From positions 704,001 through 768,000 of the forward strand of contig CAVSBO010000003.1 of the NCBI GenBank assembly GCA_963726195.1: a stretch of DNA of 64,000 nucleotides, given 5' to 3'. The translations under genes and the position numbers were made by a program. Source of the DNA: Candidatus Thorarchaeota archaeon (GTDB lineage: Archaea > Asgardarchaeota > Thorarchaeia > Thorarchaeales > Thorarchaeaceae). Below are positions 10,840-19,529 of this stretch, piece after piece (position 1 is the stretch's first letter; every line of letters starts with the position of its first letter). The notes beneath the pieces were generated by a model. That model saw nothing but the letters and a program-made list of their open reading frames with translations, did not search any database and was not told the origin of the DNA.

Positions 10840-11451
10840 ATGGCCTTTGACTTTAGCGCTATTCAAAAACAAATGGAAGAACTGAACCAGAAGCTTAGGG
10901 CAATTGAAAGTTTTGCCAACAAGGTGGCGGAGACAAAGAGGCTTGCCGACCAACTGGCCGAGAACTTCGCGAAAATGAAGACCGCCATCAATCAGACAAT
11001 CAACGAGAGCTTCAGTCAGATCGCCGACCAAATTGACACTCTGAGACGTAACATGCAGAGCATGGAGACGGTGCAACCCGTCTCTCTCTCCGCAGCAGCT
11101 CCGGCACCTGCACCAAAGGCTGCACCGAAAGCAGCTCCTGCACCAGCCCCCGCACCAACACCTACGCCAAAAGCTGCGCCGGCCCCTGCTGCATCAAAGG
11201 CAGCACCAGCCGCGGCAAAGGCAGCACCAGCCGCACCTAAGTTTTCAGCGACCCCACCCTCTGCTCCTGCGGGTTCAAGCGACCAACTCGACTTCCTCCT
11301 TCAACAGAAGGATCGTCTGAAGGCTTCATTGACTGACCTTCGGTTTGACTATATGAGAGGATACATACCCGAAGAAGACTACAAGGCAAAAGAAACCGAA
11401 CTGGATTCACAGCTTGAAGATCTCGATCGACAAATAGCTGGCATGAAGTAG
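10840..11451 (+). CDS. Coiled-coil protein with an Ala/Pro/Lys linker and a C-terminal SHOCT/CdvA-like helical hairpin
   Basis: N-terminal heptad repeats, an APAPKAAP linker and the LRFDYMRGYIPEEDYKAK motif. GGTGAG RBS upstream. Confidence 0.75.
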   Translation: MAFDFSAIQKQMEELNQKLRAIESFANKVAETKRLADQLAENFAKMKTAINQTINESFSQIADQIDTLRRNMQSMETVQPVSLSAAAPAPAPKAAPKAAPAPAPAPTPTPKAAPAPAASKAAPAAAKAAPAAPKFSATPPSAPAGSSDQLDFLLQQKDRLKASLTDLRFDYMRGYIPEEDYKAKETELDSQLEDLDRQIAGMK

Positions 11452-11606
11452 AACTGTGACAAGGCAAGACGCAATCGGTCTTGCCCCGCAGTATCTTTTT
11501 CTCAGTCAACCAAGTTGAGTTGAAGGTCAAGAATCGCATATTCGCTAAGTCCACGTTGAATTGCCCATTTCGCCAGCAGTATGATCAATTGAGTCTGCAC
11601 GCGACT

Positions 11607-12413
11607 CTACCTTTTCTTGACTGGCTTGCTTGGTTTCTCGGAAGATGCCTTCTTGCGAACTTGAGGCTTCTGCGTGGGCTTGGCTGGTTTCTTGGCGGCG
11701 ACCTCAGGCTTCTTCTTGGGCTTGGCCTTCTCTTTTGGCTTAGCCGCAGGTCGGGCGGCCTTCTCGGGCTTGGGCGGAACCTTCTTGGTCCGAGAGCCCG
11801 TTTCTGCAACTGCCTGCGATACAGCGCTCGGCTTTGGCTGTACTCCCTTGGTCTCCTTCGGAGAGATCGGTCTGGCAAAACCTCGCTCTGGTTCGAGAAC
11901 TCGCTCCGTGCCTTCTTCCCCTTCCAAAGGCTGTACCAGAACCTCTGGTCTCCTGTCTCTCGTTTTCTCTCTCCGTTCTCCGAATTCGCGTCTCTGACGA
12001 GCAATCTTGCCCGGCTTTACTGCCGCCATGCTGGCAGCAGCCGCCAGCGCTGTTTCCATCTCATTCGTCATTAGCGGCTCGTGAGTAACAGAAGAAGCAA
12101 CCTCCTCAAGAGCATCAGCGATTAGAACAGGCCGACCTGTCTGACGCTTCTCGACTTCTGCCGGAGTTGAGTATGCTACGAAACCGCCGTCTCGCACGTA
12201 CGGAACAAGACTGCCCTTCGCCTCTCTTTCTTCCAGTAGGCCCCGAGCAACGCTGAGACGCAGGTTGAACCGATTAGCCACGTCAAAGACCGTTGTCGAT
12301 CTGGCTTTCTTGAGATAGTCATCGACCTCTTGAAGTGTTTCCGGCTTGGGAACTGCTTCGCGAACTAGTCGCTCGGTCTTTGCCGAAGGCTTTCCCCACT
12401 TCTTCTTGCTAAT
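11607..12413 (-). CDS. rps25e: Ribosomal protein eS25 (S25e)-like domain with a long Lys/Pro/Ala-rich C-terminal extension
   Basis: The frame is open upstream of the called GTG: SKKKWGKPSAKTERL...TTVFDVANRFNLRLSVARGLLEEREAKGSLVPYVRDGGFVAYST, which matches the eS25 KKKW motif plus winged helix. Probable ATT start at 12413 or 12419. Confidence 0.75.
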   Translation of the reverse strand: MSKKKWGKPSAKTERLVREAVPKPETLQEVDDYLKKARSTTVFDVANRFNLRLSVARGLLEEREAKGSLVPYVRDGGFVAYSTPAEVEKRQTGRPVLIADALEEVASSVTHEPLMTNEMETALAAAASMAAVKPGKIARQRREFGERREKTRDRRPEVLVQPLEGEEGTERVLEPERGFARPISPKETKGVQPKPSAVSQAVAETGSRTKKVPPKPEKAARPAAKPKEKAKPKKKPEVAAKKPAKPTQKPQVRKKASSEKPSKPVKKR

Positions 12414-12471
12414 GGCAATTACTCTCCTGATTCTTTCGGGACGGTTCCTTCGCGGGAATCTGGAGTTTGGC

Positions 12472-12481
12472 TTTTAAATAT
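12472..12481 (-). promoter_or_regulatory. TATA-box-like element upstream of the eS25-like gene
   Basis: Minus strand reads ATATTTAAAA about 55-60 nt upstream of the inferred start, followed by a GGAGAG RBS. Confidence 0.45.
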
Positions 12482-12604
12482 GCTCATGGGTTGTTGTCTG
12501 AACAACGTGATTCTGTGCTGCACAGGGGAGCAAAAACACAGATTCTGTGATGAGTGTTAGACTCGTACTTAAGTGCCTGCGGCAAGCCTCGCATGTGACG
12601 GTCA

Positions 12605-13267
12605 ATGAAAAGGGAGAGAGACCCCGAGCCTGACCTCGCCTTCCATGTGTCAAACTTGGTGCAATACGCATATCCGGAGCTAATTGGCCGGCATCTGAGA
12701 GCAAGATGGAGCAAACTGCCCTCTTTTGCTGAGATCAGGTGGGGCAAGCCAGGAGAGGAGGTCAGTGTTGTTTGCGACAGAACTGCAAAGCGATGGCACG
12801 AATCCGCACTTGTTGGTTTGCTATCTCATGAACTGAGCCACCCCTGCGTATCGGCCGGGAAACGTGCGGAAGAGAGAACTGATACTGACGCAATTGAAAG
12901 AGGATTAGGTGTATACCTCGCTGCAGAGAGAATCTCCACAGGAAGATATCGTGATCAATTGGTTGGCAGAACCAGAGATAGATACCTCGGCTATCAGACC
13001 ATAAGGCAGCGCCTGACAAGGCATGAGACAACACAACTAGACCGCCTGCTTGACACTCTCAGAATTGTGCCATCGAAATCTGTATTGTCTCCAAGCCAAA
13101 CAATCCACGATACTGCAATCGGCGGCGGTCAAGCACACGTCGGAGGGTATGTGTTTCAAGGCGTCTGCATTCGGCCCGAGTCAAGTGTGAAGCTGCTCGT
13201 CAGAGATGACTCTGTCTTCTTGTATGTGGATGATGAACTAGTCGGAGAGACACGAAACGATTGCTGA
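12605..13267 (+). CDS. Hypothetical protein with an HExxH zinc-metallopeptidase-like motif
   Basis: GLLSHELSHP followed by EERTDTDAIERG, a zincin-like third-ligand helix. Confidence 0.55.
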   Translation: MKRERDPEPDLAFHVSNLVQYAYPELIGRHLRARWSKLPSFAEIRWGKPGEEVSVVCDRTAKRWHESALVGLLSHELSHPCVSAGKRAEERTDTDAIERGLGVYLAAERISTGRYRDQLVGRTRDRYLGYQTIRQRLTRHETTQLDRLLDTLRIVPSKSVLSPSQTIHDTAIGGGQAHVGGYVFQGVCIRPESSVKLLVRDDSVFLYVDDELVGETRNDC

Positions 13268-14580
13268 GGCTGCTCTTCACTGCACCGTTCAGAATCAGAC
13301 CTCTTTGTGATGGAAAGGTTCTGCTGGACTCTGACATCGCTGTCAGGCGGGATGTCTTCGTCTATGATGCATCCAGCTCCTATGACGCTGTTCTCTCCAA
13401 TACGAGTCGCCGGATAGATTGATGAGTTCACCCCGATGATGACGCCATCTCCGATGATGGCCCCAAACTTTTTCATTGGCACGAGCACCTCCTCCTCTGG
13501 TGCACGCAGGTAGAGTGGCTGATTACCGGGCCGCCAGTTCCAAAGCTGCACGCCAGCCTCTATACAAGCATCAGCACCCACTATGGAGTCCGCCAGGTAC
13601 GTCATCCTCCCGATCTTGACTCGTTCGAATATCATGCTGTTTCTGATTTCGACGGCATAGCCCAGGTGCACACCGTCACAGAGACTCGCGTAGTCCCTTA
13701 CAAGTGAGTTGTTTCCAACATACACTCTTTTCCCAAGGTATATCGGACCTCGGAGGGTCGTGCCGGGACGAACTATGCATCCCTCATCAATGAAGATTGG
13801 CCCTTCCAAAACTACGTTCTTGTGAATCTCCGCAGACTCGGCTATGAATGTCCCATGGCCCTTTAGCTTTCTATCCATGACAATCCTGTTTGCCTTAAGG
13901 ATGTCCCAAGGCCAAGTGAACTCAGCCCACTCCTTCTCCCACACCGCAGCACTAACTCTCTTTCCACCATTTATCACGGTCTCGATGGCGCGTTCCATGG
14001 TTCCATGCTTGTTGAGCAATGCGAAAATCTCTCGGTTGAATATGGTCAACCCCGCAACTGCGTAGTTGCTCACATAGCGCTCGGGACCACCCTTTTCCAC
14101 AAGGCGTTCAACCATCCCGTTCCTGCCAATCTTTACAGAACCGAACTGCTCTGGGTTCGAGACGAGTGTAACGAGGTAAGTCATGTAAGCATCCTGTGCT
14201 TCATGATTCTCAAGCGCACGCGAAACCATCTCGGGTTCGACCAGCACATCTCCATGTACAGCGAGGAACTCCTCTTCGTCCGCCAGCTCATCCTTGGCAC
14301 AAAGAATCGCGTGCTCGACGCCCTTCTGTTCAAGCTGGTGGACATACCGGATGCTCATGTCCTGATCACCATTCTGCTGAATGTAGTCCATGAGCTCCTG
14401 TTTGCCGTGCCCGACAACCAAGGTGATGTCCTTTATGCCGTTCTCCTTAAGGCTATCAATAATATACTGAATGACAGGCTTGCCGGCTATCATGAGCATT
14501 GACTTGGACCTGTTGGCAGTAAGCGGCCTAAGCCTGTTACCGACGCCTGCAGTCAGAACCAGCGCTTTCATTTCTTTCAC
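13156..14580 (-). CDS. Sugar-phosphate nucleotidyltransferase/acetyltransferase (archaeal GlmU-like)
   Basis: LTAGVGNRLRPLT nucleotidyltransferase motif and C-terminal hexapeptide (left-handed beta-helix) repeats including KFGAIIGD. Confidence 0.9.
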   Translation of the reverse strand: MKEMKALVLTAGVGNRLRPLTANRSKSMLMIAGKPVIQYIIDSLKENGIKDITLVVGHGKQELMDYIQQNGDQDMSIRYVHQLEQKGVEHAILCAKDELADEEEFLAVHGDVLVEPEMVSRALENHEAQDAYMTYLVTLVSNPEQFGSVKIGRNGMVERLVEKGGPERYVSNYAVAGLTIFNREIFALLNKHGTMERAIETVINGGKRVSAAVWEKEWAEFTWPWDILKANRIVMDRKLKGHGTFIAESAEIHKNVVLEGPIFIDEGCIVRPGTTLRGPIYLGKRVYVGNNSLVRDYASLCDGVHLGYAVEIRNSMIFERVKIGRMTYLADSIVGADACIEAGVQLWNWRPGNQPLYLRAPEEEVLVPMKKFGAIIGDGVIIGVNSSIYPATRIGENSVIGAGCIIDEDIPPDSDVRVQQNLSITKRSDSERCSEEQPQQSFRVSPTSSSSTYKKTESSLTSSFTLDSGRMQTP

Positions 14581-14647
14581 GCTGCCTTCCCAGAGAACTG
14601 GGACTGAATAAAGCCTTTGGCTTGAGATGGTTGTCGCATTACTAGAC

Positions 14648-15377
14648 TTAACGATGGGACAGAGAAAAATACATCCGCTGTTTTCCCGCCCCTACGTTCT
14701 TGCTCTTCCCAATTGAAACTTTCCCAATCTCTCTTGTGTTTGCCACATGTGTGCCTGCACATGAAGCGAAGTCGTAGTCGCCCACGGCAACGACCCGGAA
14801 TTCAGATACTGACTTGGGAACCATCTCCAAGTACCTAACCTGATAGCCTGCCTTTCGCAGAAATGCAATAGCCTCTTCGCGCGGCATGAAACGTATCTTC
14901 ACATCAAGGTTGCGAGCAAGAATCGAATTGACAGCATCCTCAATCTCTTTCTTCATCTGATCCGTGATGTGTTCTATGTGTTGGTAATCAGCTCTGCTTT
15001 CACTTGGCTTCACCATATTGCCGACTGTTTCGAGCCCGTGGTTCAAGAGCAAATAGCGTGAAATGACATGCTGTGCAGTATGAAAGCGCATGCATTCGTA
15101 CCGCCAGTCCCAGTCTGAGAGACCCGTGGACAGCAGGACCAAATCCCTGGGGAATCGCACCAGTGCATATATGCTGTACCTCAGCATCTACCTTCTTGGT
15201 GTCGGCGACTTGGACTGTTACCTTGCCGTCCCTCAGCGTGCCTCTGTCTCCAACCTGTCCGCCCCCTTCCGGGTAGAAGCAGGTCCTATCGAGAACAATG
15301 ACACCCTCACTTCTGCCAGTAATCCGGGCATCAAACTCACGTACATAATTATCACGCATGTGCAGGAGCTCGGTCAT
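14648..15377 (-). CDS. alaX: Alanyl-tRNA editing protein AlaX; frameshift near 15120
   Basis: LDRTCFYPEGGGQVGD, plus the HTAQH and CAGTH Zn ligands, split over two overlapping ORFs. Confidence 0.9.
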
Positions 15378-15388
15378 GAGAGTTCCTT

Positions 15389-15886
15389 CTATGACCGCTT
15401 GTGGCCAGTACGACTCCATTCAAGCACGGCAAGTTCTCCGGCCTTGGCCAAATCTGCTCCGTGCAAGTCGAATTCCTTTGAGTCCGCTGCCGCGTTCATC
15501 ATATTAAGAACCTCTGACTCAGATGTCGCCTCTTTCAGACCTGCGAGCATCGCGCTCACTATTGCTTCCGACACGCCGTGTTCTTGCAGATATGTGGCCA
15601 AGGGCGTGAAGCCCATGGGAACATGACCAGAATCCAGCGACGGCTCCAGACCTATGGTCCTCATCTTGCTCTCGAACAGGTCCGTGACTATGTCGAGGCG
15701 ACTCTTGGTCGGGGGAGCCGTTAGAGCCTTACCCCTGTCTAGCGCTCCGATCATCGAGCTTATCGCTTTGTCGAGGGGAACCTGCGTGGGCTTCTTGAAA
15801 TGCTTCGTAAGTACGAACGTAACACCAAGGAGCAATAGGACTAGGGGGTCTTTCAGAAACATCAGAATACCAGAGCCCTGCACCAA
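15389..15886 (-). CDS. Hypothetical single-pass membrane protein
   Basis: N-terminal hydrophobic helix LVLLLLGVTFVL; 165-aa ORF co-oriented with alaX. Confidence 0.6.
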   Translation of the reverse strand: MVQGSGILMFLKDPLVLLLLGVTFVLTKHFKKPTQVPLDKAISSMIGALDRGKALTAPPTKSRLDIVTDLFESKMRTIGLEPSLDSGHVPMGFTPLATYLQEHGVSEAIVSAMLAGLKEATSESEVLNMMNAAADSKEFDLHGADLAKAGELAVLEWSRTGHKRS

Positions 15887-16017
15887 GTCATACCCCGAGC
15901 CAGCAGGCCCGGTTCACCTTCTGGCAAACATCGATAAGTAGGTTTCTACGATTCAGTCTAATCCCGGCCACCAAATCATGATTCTTGCCCCCTAGTACGA
16001 GCCATGTTCCAGAACAA

Positions 16018-17157
16018 TCAGTCACTGTCTCTTGCGAAATGCCGTGCCACGTGAAGATACACTTCGACGGATGAAATCAATTGCTTTACAGAGATGTATT
16101 CGTTGGGTTGGTGTGCCTGCTCAATAGAACCTGCCCCACAGATCACATTCAGGATGCCTATCTTGGGCTGCAGAACAGAGCAGTCGGTGCCGAAAGTTGC
16201 GGAACGCGGACGTTGTACTTGGCCTGTCACCTTCTCAACGGCATCCACGGTCGTAGACACTATCTCCGCATCGACTGGCGTGATTACTGCCGGGAGCCCG
16301 TGTACATACTCCACCCTGACTCTATCAGAAAGGCCTGCTGCCTCCAACCTCTTTGTCATTTGTTCAAGAGTAGACTGTGTGCCTTGGCCCTTGACAAGCC
16401 TCATGTCAATTAGCGCTTCACACCGATCGGGAACCACATTGATTTTGATTCCCCCGTTTATCATTCCTATGCTCATCGTCGGTTTTCCCATCAACCTGTC
16501 TGGCTCGAATGGATAGCCTCGGTTATTCAATACCTTGAGAGCATCCATGCATAGGTTGATAGCGTTGATGCCTTCATCAGGCCTAGAAGCGTGCGCTGAC
16601 TTTCCTTCTGCGATAACTCGAACCCATAGCATTCCTTTCTCGCCCACGAGAACCTCGAGTGATGTTGGTTCTCCACATATGCCGTAACGAACTCCTGTCA
16701 GTGCTTTGCTTGCCGCTACTTCATCAGCTCCGGAGGAACCACTCTCTTCGTCGGAAGTGGCCAGCATGAGCAGCGGCTTGCTGTGCCCTTCGCCGGCATA
16801 CTCTATTAATGTCTCAGCCATTGCTGCTAGCGGTCCCTTCATGTCACAGGTGCCCCGCCCGTAGAGTCTGTCACCCACATACTCACAATGAAATGGCTCA
16901 TGTGACCATGAGTCCCTCGGACCCGCAGGGACCGTGTCTAGGTGACCGTGGAGCACCAGCTCTGCTCCGTGAAAATCCCCGTTCGAGATGATCAGGTTTG
17001 GTCTCTTCTCCGGGCCGACACTTGTGCAGGAAAGGCCGTGCTGTTCCACGTGTTCACGAAGGACTCTCGCCGCTTGGGCTTCTTGGCCGGGAGGATTTTC
17101 CGAATTCGCGGCTACGAGCTCTTCAACAAGACGAAGGAGTCGTGATGTGTCTACCAA
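16018..17157 (-). CDS. M20 family metallopeptidase (ArgE/DapE-like)
   Basis: HGHLDTVP, GRGTCDMKG, SDEE, GEPT and AHQPNE motifs. Confidence 0.92.
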   Translation of the reverse strand: MVDTSRLLRLVEELVAANSENPPGQEAQAARVLREHVEQHGLSCTSVGPEKRPNLIISNGDFHGAELVLHGHLDTVPAGPRDSWSHEPFHCEYVGDRLYGRGTCDMKGPLAAMAETLIEYAGEGHSKPLLMLATSDEESGSSGADEVAASKALTGVRYGICGEPTSLEVLVGEKGMLWVRVIAEGKSAHASRPDEGINAINLCMDALKVLNNRGYPFEPDRLMGKPTMSIGMINGGIKINVVPDRCEALIDMRLVKGQGTQSTLEQMTKRLEAAGLSDRVRVEYVHGLPAVITPVDAEIVSTTVDAVEKVTGQVQRPRSATFGTDCSVLQPKIGILNVICGAGSIEQAHQPNEYISVKQLISSVEVYLHVARHFARDSD

Positions 17158-17298
17158 AGCTGCATCAATCAGAGTGCTCTGTGGAGTACGCTAAGAAGAT
17201 TCCGACAGCAAAAGGCAGTTTCATAAGGTGAGAACGACACAGATGGAAATTGGCGGTCGATGAGGCAGTTACCCCTAACAGAGCAAAAAGCGATGACG

Positions 17299-17579
17299 AG
17301 CCAAGAGCAGGCTGAGACTTGCCACTAATTCATTTCTCAATACTGAACCTGCAACAGGTTTGGTCGAAAACCCGTTCCATACTAATCTGCCGCTTTCTCA
17401 GGTTGCCACAACTAGGCACCCCGCGATCCCAACAGGTAACGTATTGGTCCCCATTGTGGGCCTAGCCAAGCCTACCATCTCATCCTCTTGATGGCGGCCC
17501 ACTCTTGTGAAACGGGTATCGACCATTTTCTCGAGCTCCAACGGAAACTGGGCTAGCACGCTAACAAACTTGCTTGGCT
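17299..17579 (-). ncRNA. Putative ~280-nt structured non-coding RNA of unknown family
   Basis: Nested stems AGCCAAG/CUUGGCU, GGUCGA-ACCCGUUUCA/UGGAACGGGU-UCGACC, GUGGGCC/GGCCCAC and GCCAUC/GAUGGU. G-U pairs favour the minus strand. TATTTAT lies ~25 nt upstream and a U5 tract downstream. Confidence 0.55.
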
Positions 17580-17711
17580 TGCAGAATACTAGTTCTGTGA
17601 GCATAAATACCCTAAACAGGCGCAGAAACCCAGTTCGTGGCAGAAGTATGCTGTGTGGGGACGTTCCGAACCAGCAGAAACAGTGCGCTTCGAATTATCG
17701 CACTTTTGGTA

Positions 17712-17948
17712 TCAAGCGGACTTAACATTCGGCCAATCAAGGGTTGCGGCCTTTCGAATGATGCTATCAGGCCCGGGCGACGGAAACGACTTGATGAGCA
17801 GAACGCCGTCTTTGCGCGACAGGAATATCCGCTCCGCTTTCGTATCTATCACCATAGTCTCACCTTCCGCAACGAGCTTCTCCGAGTCAGCAAGCCGCAT
17901 ACTCTCAAGAGCTCCTTCAACCACTGACCGTATTGTCCCGACACCCAC
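17712..17948 (-). CDS. Small hypothetical protein
   Basis: 78-aa ORF of protein-like composition filling the gap downstream of the DapA-Fae genes; no motif recognised. Confidence 0.35.
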   Translation of the reverse strand: MGVGTIRSVVEGALESMRLADSEKLVAEGETMVIDTKAERIFLSRKDGVLLIKSFPSPGPDSIIRKAATLDWPNVKSA

Positions 17949-18044
17949 GTCGCCTCCCGCTGCTTGATTAAGGTGGTGACTTCTGGCTGGCTCTTGACTA
18001 CCGGGCGAGCGTATCCCCCTTATATCACCATCTGTGACATGGCC

Positions 18045-19523
18045 TCAGGGATTGTAGGCAAAGGGATGTCGAGCCGAGTCTCTTCGAGCAATGACTTCCT
18101 CAATTGGCTGCCGACCTTCCAATGCGCGCCTTATGGCAAATCGAGTGGCGCGGAAATTGTTCATGTGCACGCGTCTCGGGTTGTTTGCATTCGGGTGGAC
18201 GAACACCTTGACAGCGATTGCTAGGTCAGGCACAAGCTCTTCCGGGAGCATCCTATCGGTGATCGTCCTTGTCACAGCATCAGCGACGGCCTTCTGTGCA
18301 TATTCGAATACAAGCTTGCTATGGTGCTCGTCCGTTATTGTCACAGTGGGTGCAAAGACGGTGGTGGGGCGTATGTCTTTGATGATGCTCGATGAGTGGA
18401 AACCATCGACCTTAGTATCCGCATTGGTCACTGCAGTTTGCATAGGCCCATCCTTGAGTCCCAGCACTAAATCGACGTGAGCAACTTCCAGTCCTTCCCC
18501 GCACAGGGCCTCTCCATGAAGCAACGTCAGATCATCGATGACATCCTTGCTCAGCCCAACGGCCTTGGGATACGAGTCCGCCACAAGCGACCGATTACGC
18601 GCCTTGTAAGTGACCGGGCCTCGAGGGATGACTTGGATGTCCTCCAGCTGCGTTCTCAGTTCGTCAATGTCGTCAAAGCCCAGTATGTCTCCCTCCATTA
18701 GAGGCATTCGGGCCGAGCCAACTGGAACTCCTATCATGTTGAGAGCCGCTTTGACGGCGAGAGGGCCACCCTTGTTCACCACAATCCGGGCGGTTCGTTG
18801 GAGGCTCCGTTGAATCAGCCGAGCTTCTTTCAAATCTCCTTGGGCCAGAGCAGTCATGATTCTCATGTACCTGTCGGGAAAAATGTTTGCAGTTCCCAAG
18901 ATAACGCCGTCACAACCTGCAGCAATGCTGGACAGCACAACTTCATCATGTCCATTCACGACTTGGAAGTCCTCGGGCCTGCGAGCAAGTATCTGTGACA
19001 GGTTGACTAGATTCCCGCTGGCATCGCTAAGTCCAACCACGCCTTTGACTTCGCGAAGACCCTCTACGAGGAACCAATCAATGTTCACGCCAGTTAGCTG
19101 CGGGCAATTATACAGGAATATCGGGAGACTACCAGCGCTTGCGACCTTCTCATAGTGCTCATAGATTTCCTTCGTGGACGGTTTCATGAAATATGGAGAG
19201 ACGACTAACGCCGCTGAAGCTCCGAACTCCGCGGCCTTAAGATAAAGCTTCACCACATCAGCAGTGTATGCTGCACAAGCGCCAGCAAGTACGGGCACCC
19301 GTCCCTTGGCAGCGTCACACGCAATTCGAATCGCTTCTACTTTCTCTTCGAATGTCATGCTAGTGAATTCGCCAAGTGACGCACATGGGACTATCCCGCT
19401 GGCTCCTGCCTTGATGACATAGTCAATGAGATTGCGATATTGGGCTTCATTCACGCCTTCTTCATCGAACGGCGTCACTAATCCCGCGTACACGCCCTTG
19501 AATCGCCAAGAACCATCTGTCAT
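18045..19523 (-). CDS. DapA-family domain (Schiff-base Lys replaced by Ser) fused to a formaldehyde-activating enzyme (Fae) domain that retains its catalytic His
   Basis: N-terminal GLVTPF, CASLGEF and VVGLSDASG. C-terminal GEALCGEGLEVAHVDLVLGLKDGP...VFVHP...NNFRATRFAIRRAL...HPF is typical of Fae. Confidence 0.88.
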   Translation of the reverse strand: MTDGSWRFKGVYAGLVTPFDEEGVNEAQYRNLIDYVIKAGASGIVPCASLGEFTSMTFEEKVEAIRIACDAAKGRVPVLAGACAAYTADVVKLYLKAAEFGASAALVVSPYFMKPSTKEIYEHYEKVASAGSLPIFLYNCPQLTGVNIDWFLVEGLREVKGVVGLSDASGNLVNLSQILARRPEDFQVVNGHDEVVLSSIAAGCDGVILGTANIFPDRYMRIMTALAQGDLKEARLIQRSLQRTARIVVNKGGPLAVKAALNMIGVPVGSARMPLMEGDILGFDDIDELRTQLEDIQVIPRGPVTYKARNRSLVADSYPKAVGLSKDVIDDLTLLHGEALCGEGLEVAHVDLVLGLKDGPMQTAVTNADTKVDGFHSSSIIKDIRPTTVFAPTVTITDEHHSKLVFEYAQKAVADAVTRTITDRMLPEELVPDLAIAVKVFVHPNANNPRRVHMNNFRATRFAIRRALEGRQPIEEVIARRDSARHPFAYNP

Positions 19524-19529
19524 CTTCTT

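Noticed and set aside
11481-12088. Several long overlapping ORFs in other frames
   Set aside because: Shadows of the low-complexity K/P/A-rich tail of the eS25-like gene.
13156-13267. ~110-nt convergent overlap of the GlmU-like and HExxH genes
   Set aside because: The GlmU tail past the beta-helix looks non-conserved. A lost stop or indel is simpler than a functional overlap.
17299-17579. Assignment as SRP RNA, RNase P RNA, 5S rRNA or an intron-containing tRNA
   Set aside because: The diagnostic motifs (SRP helix 8, RNase P CR-I/CR-V, T-loop GTTCRA in a cloverleaf) were not found, so it is left as unknown.
17398-17604. 68-aa minus-strand ORF
   Set aside because: Its start lies within the TATA-like element, and the region is better explained by extensive RNA base pairing.
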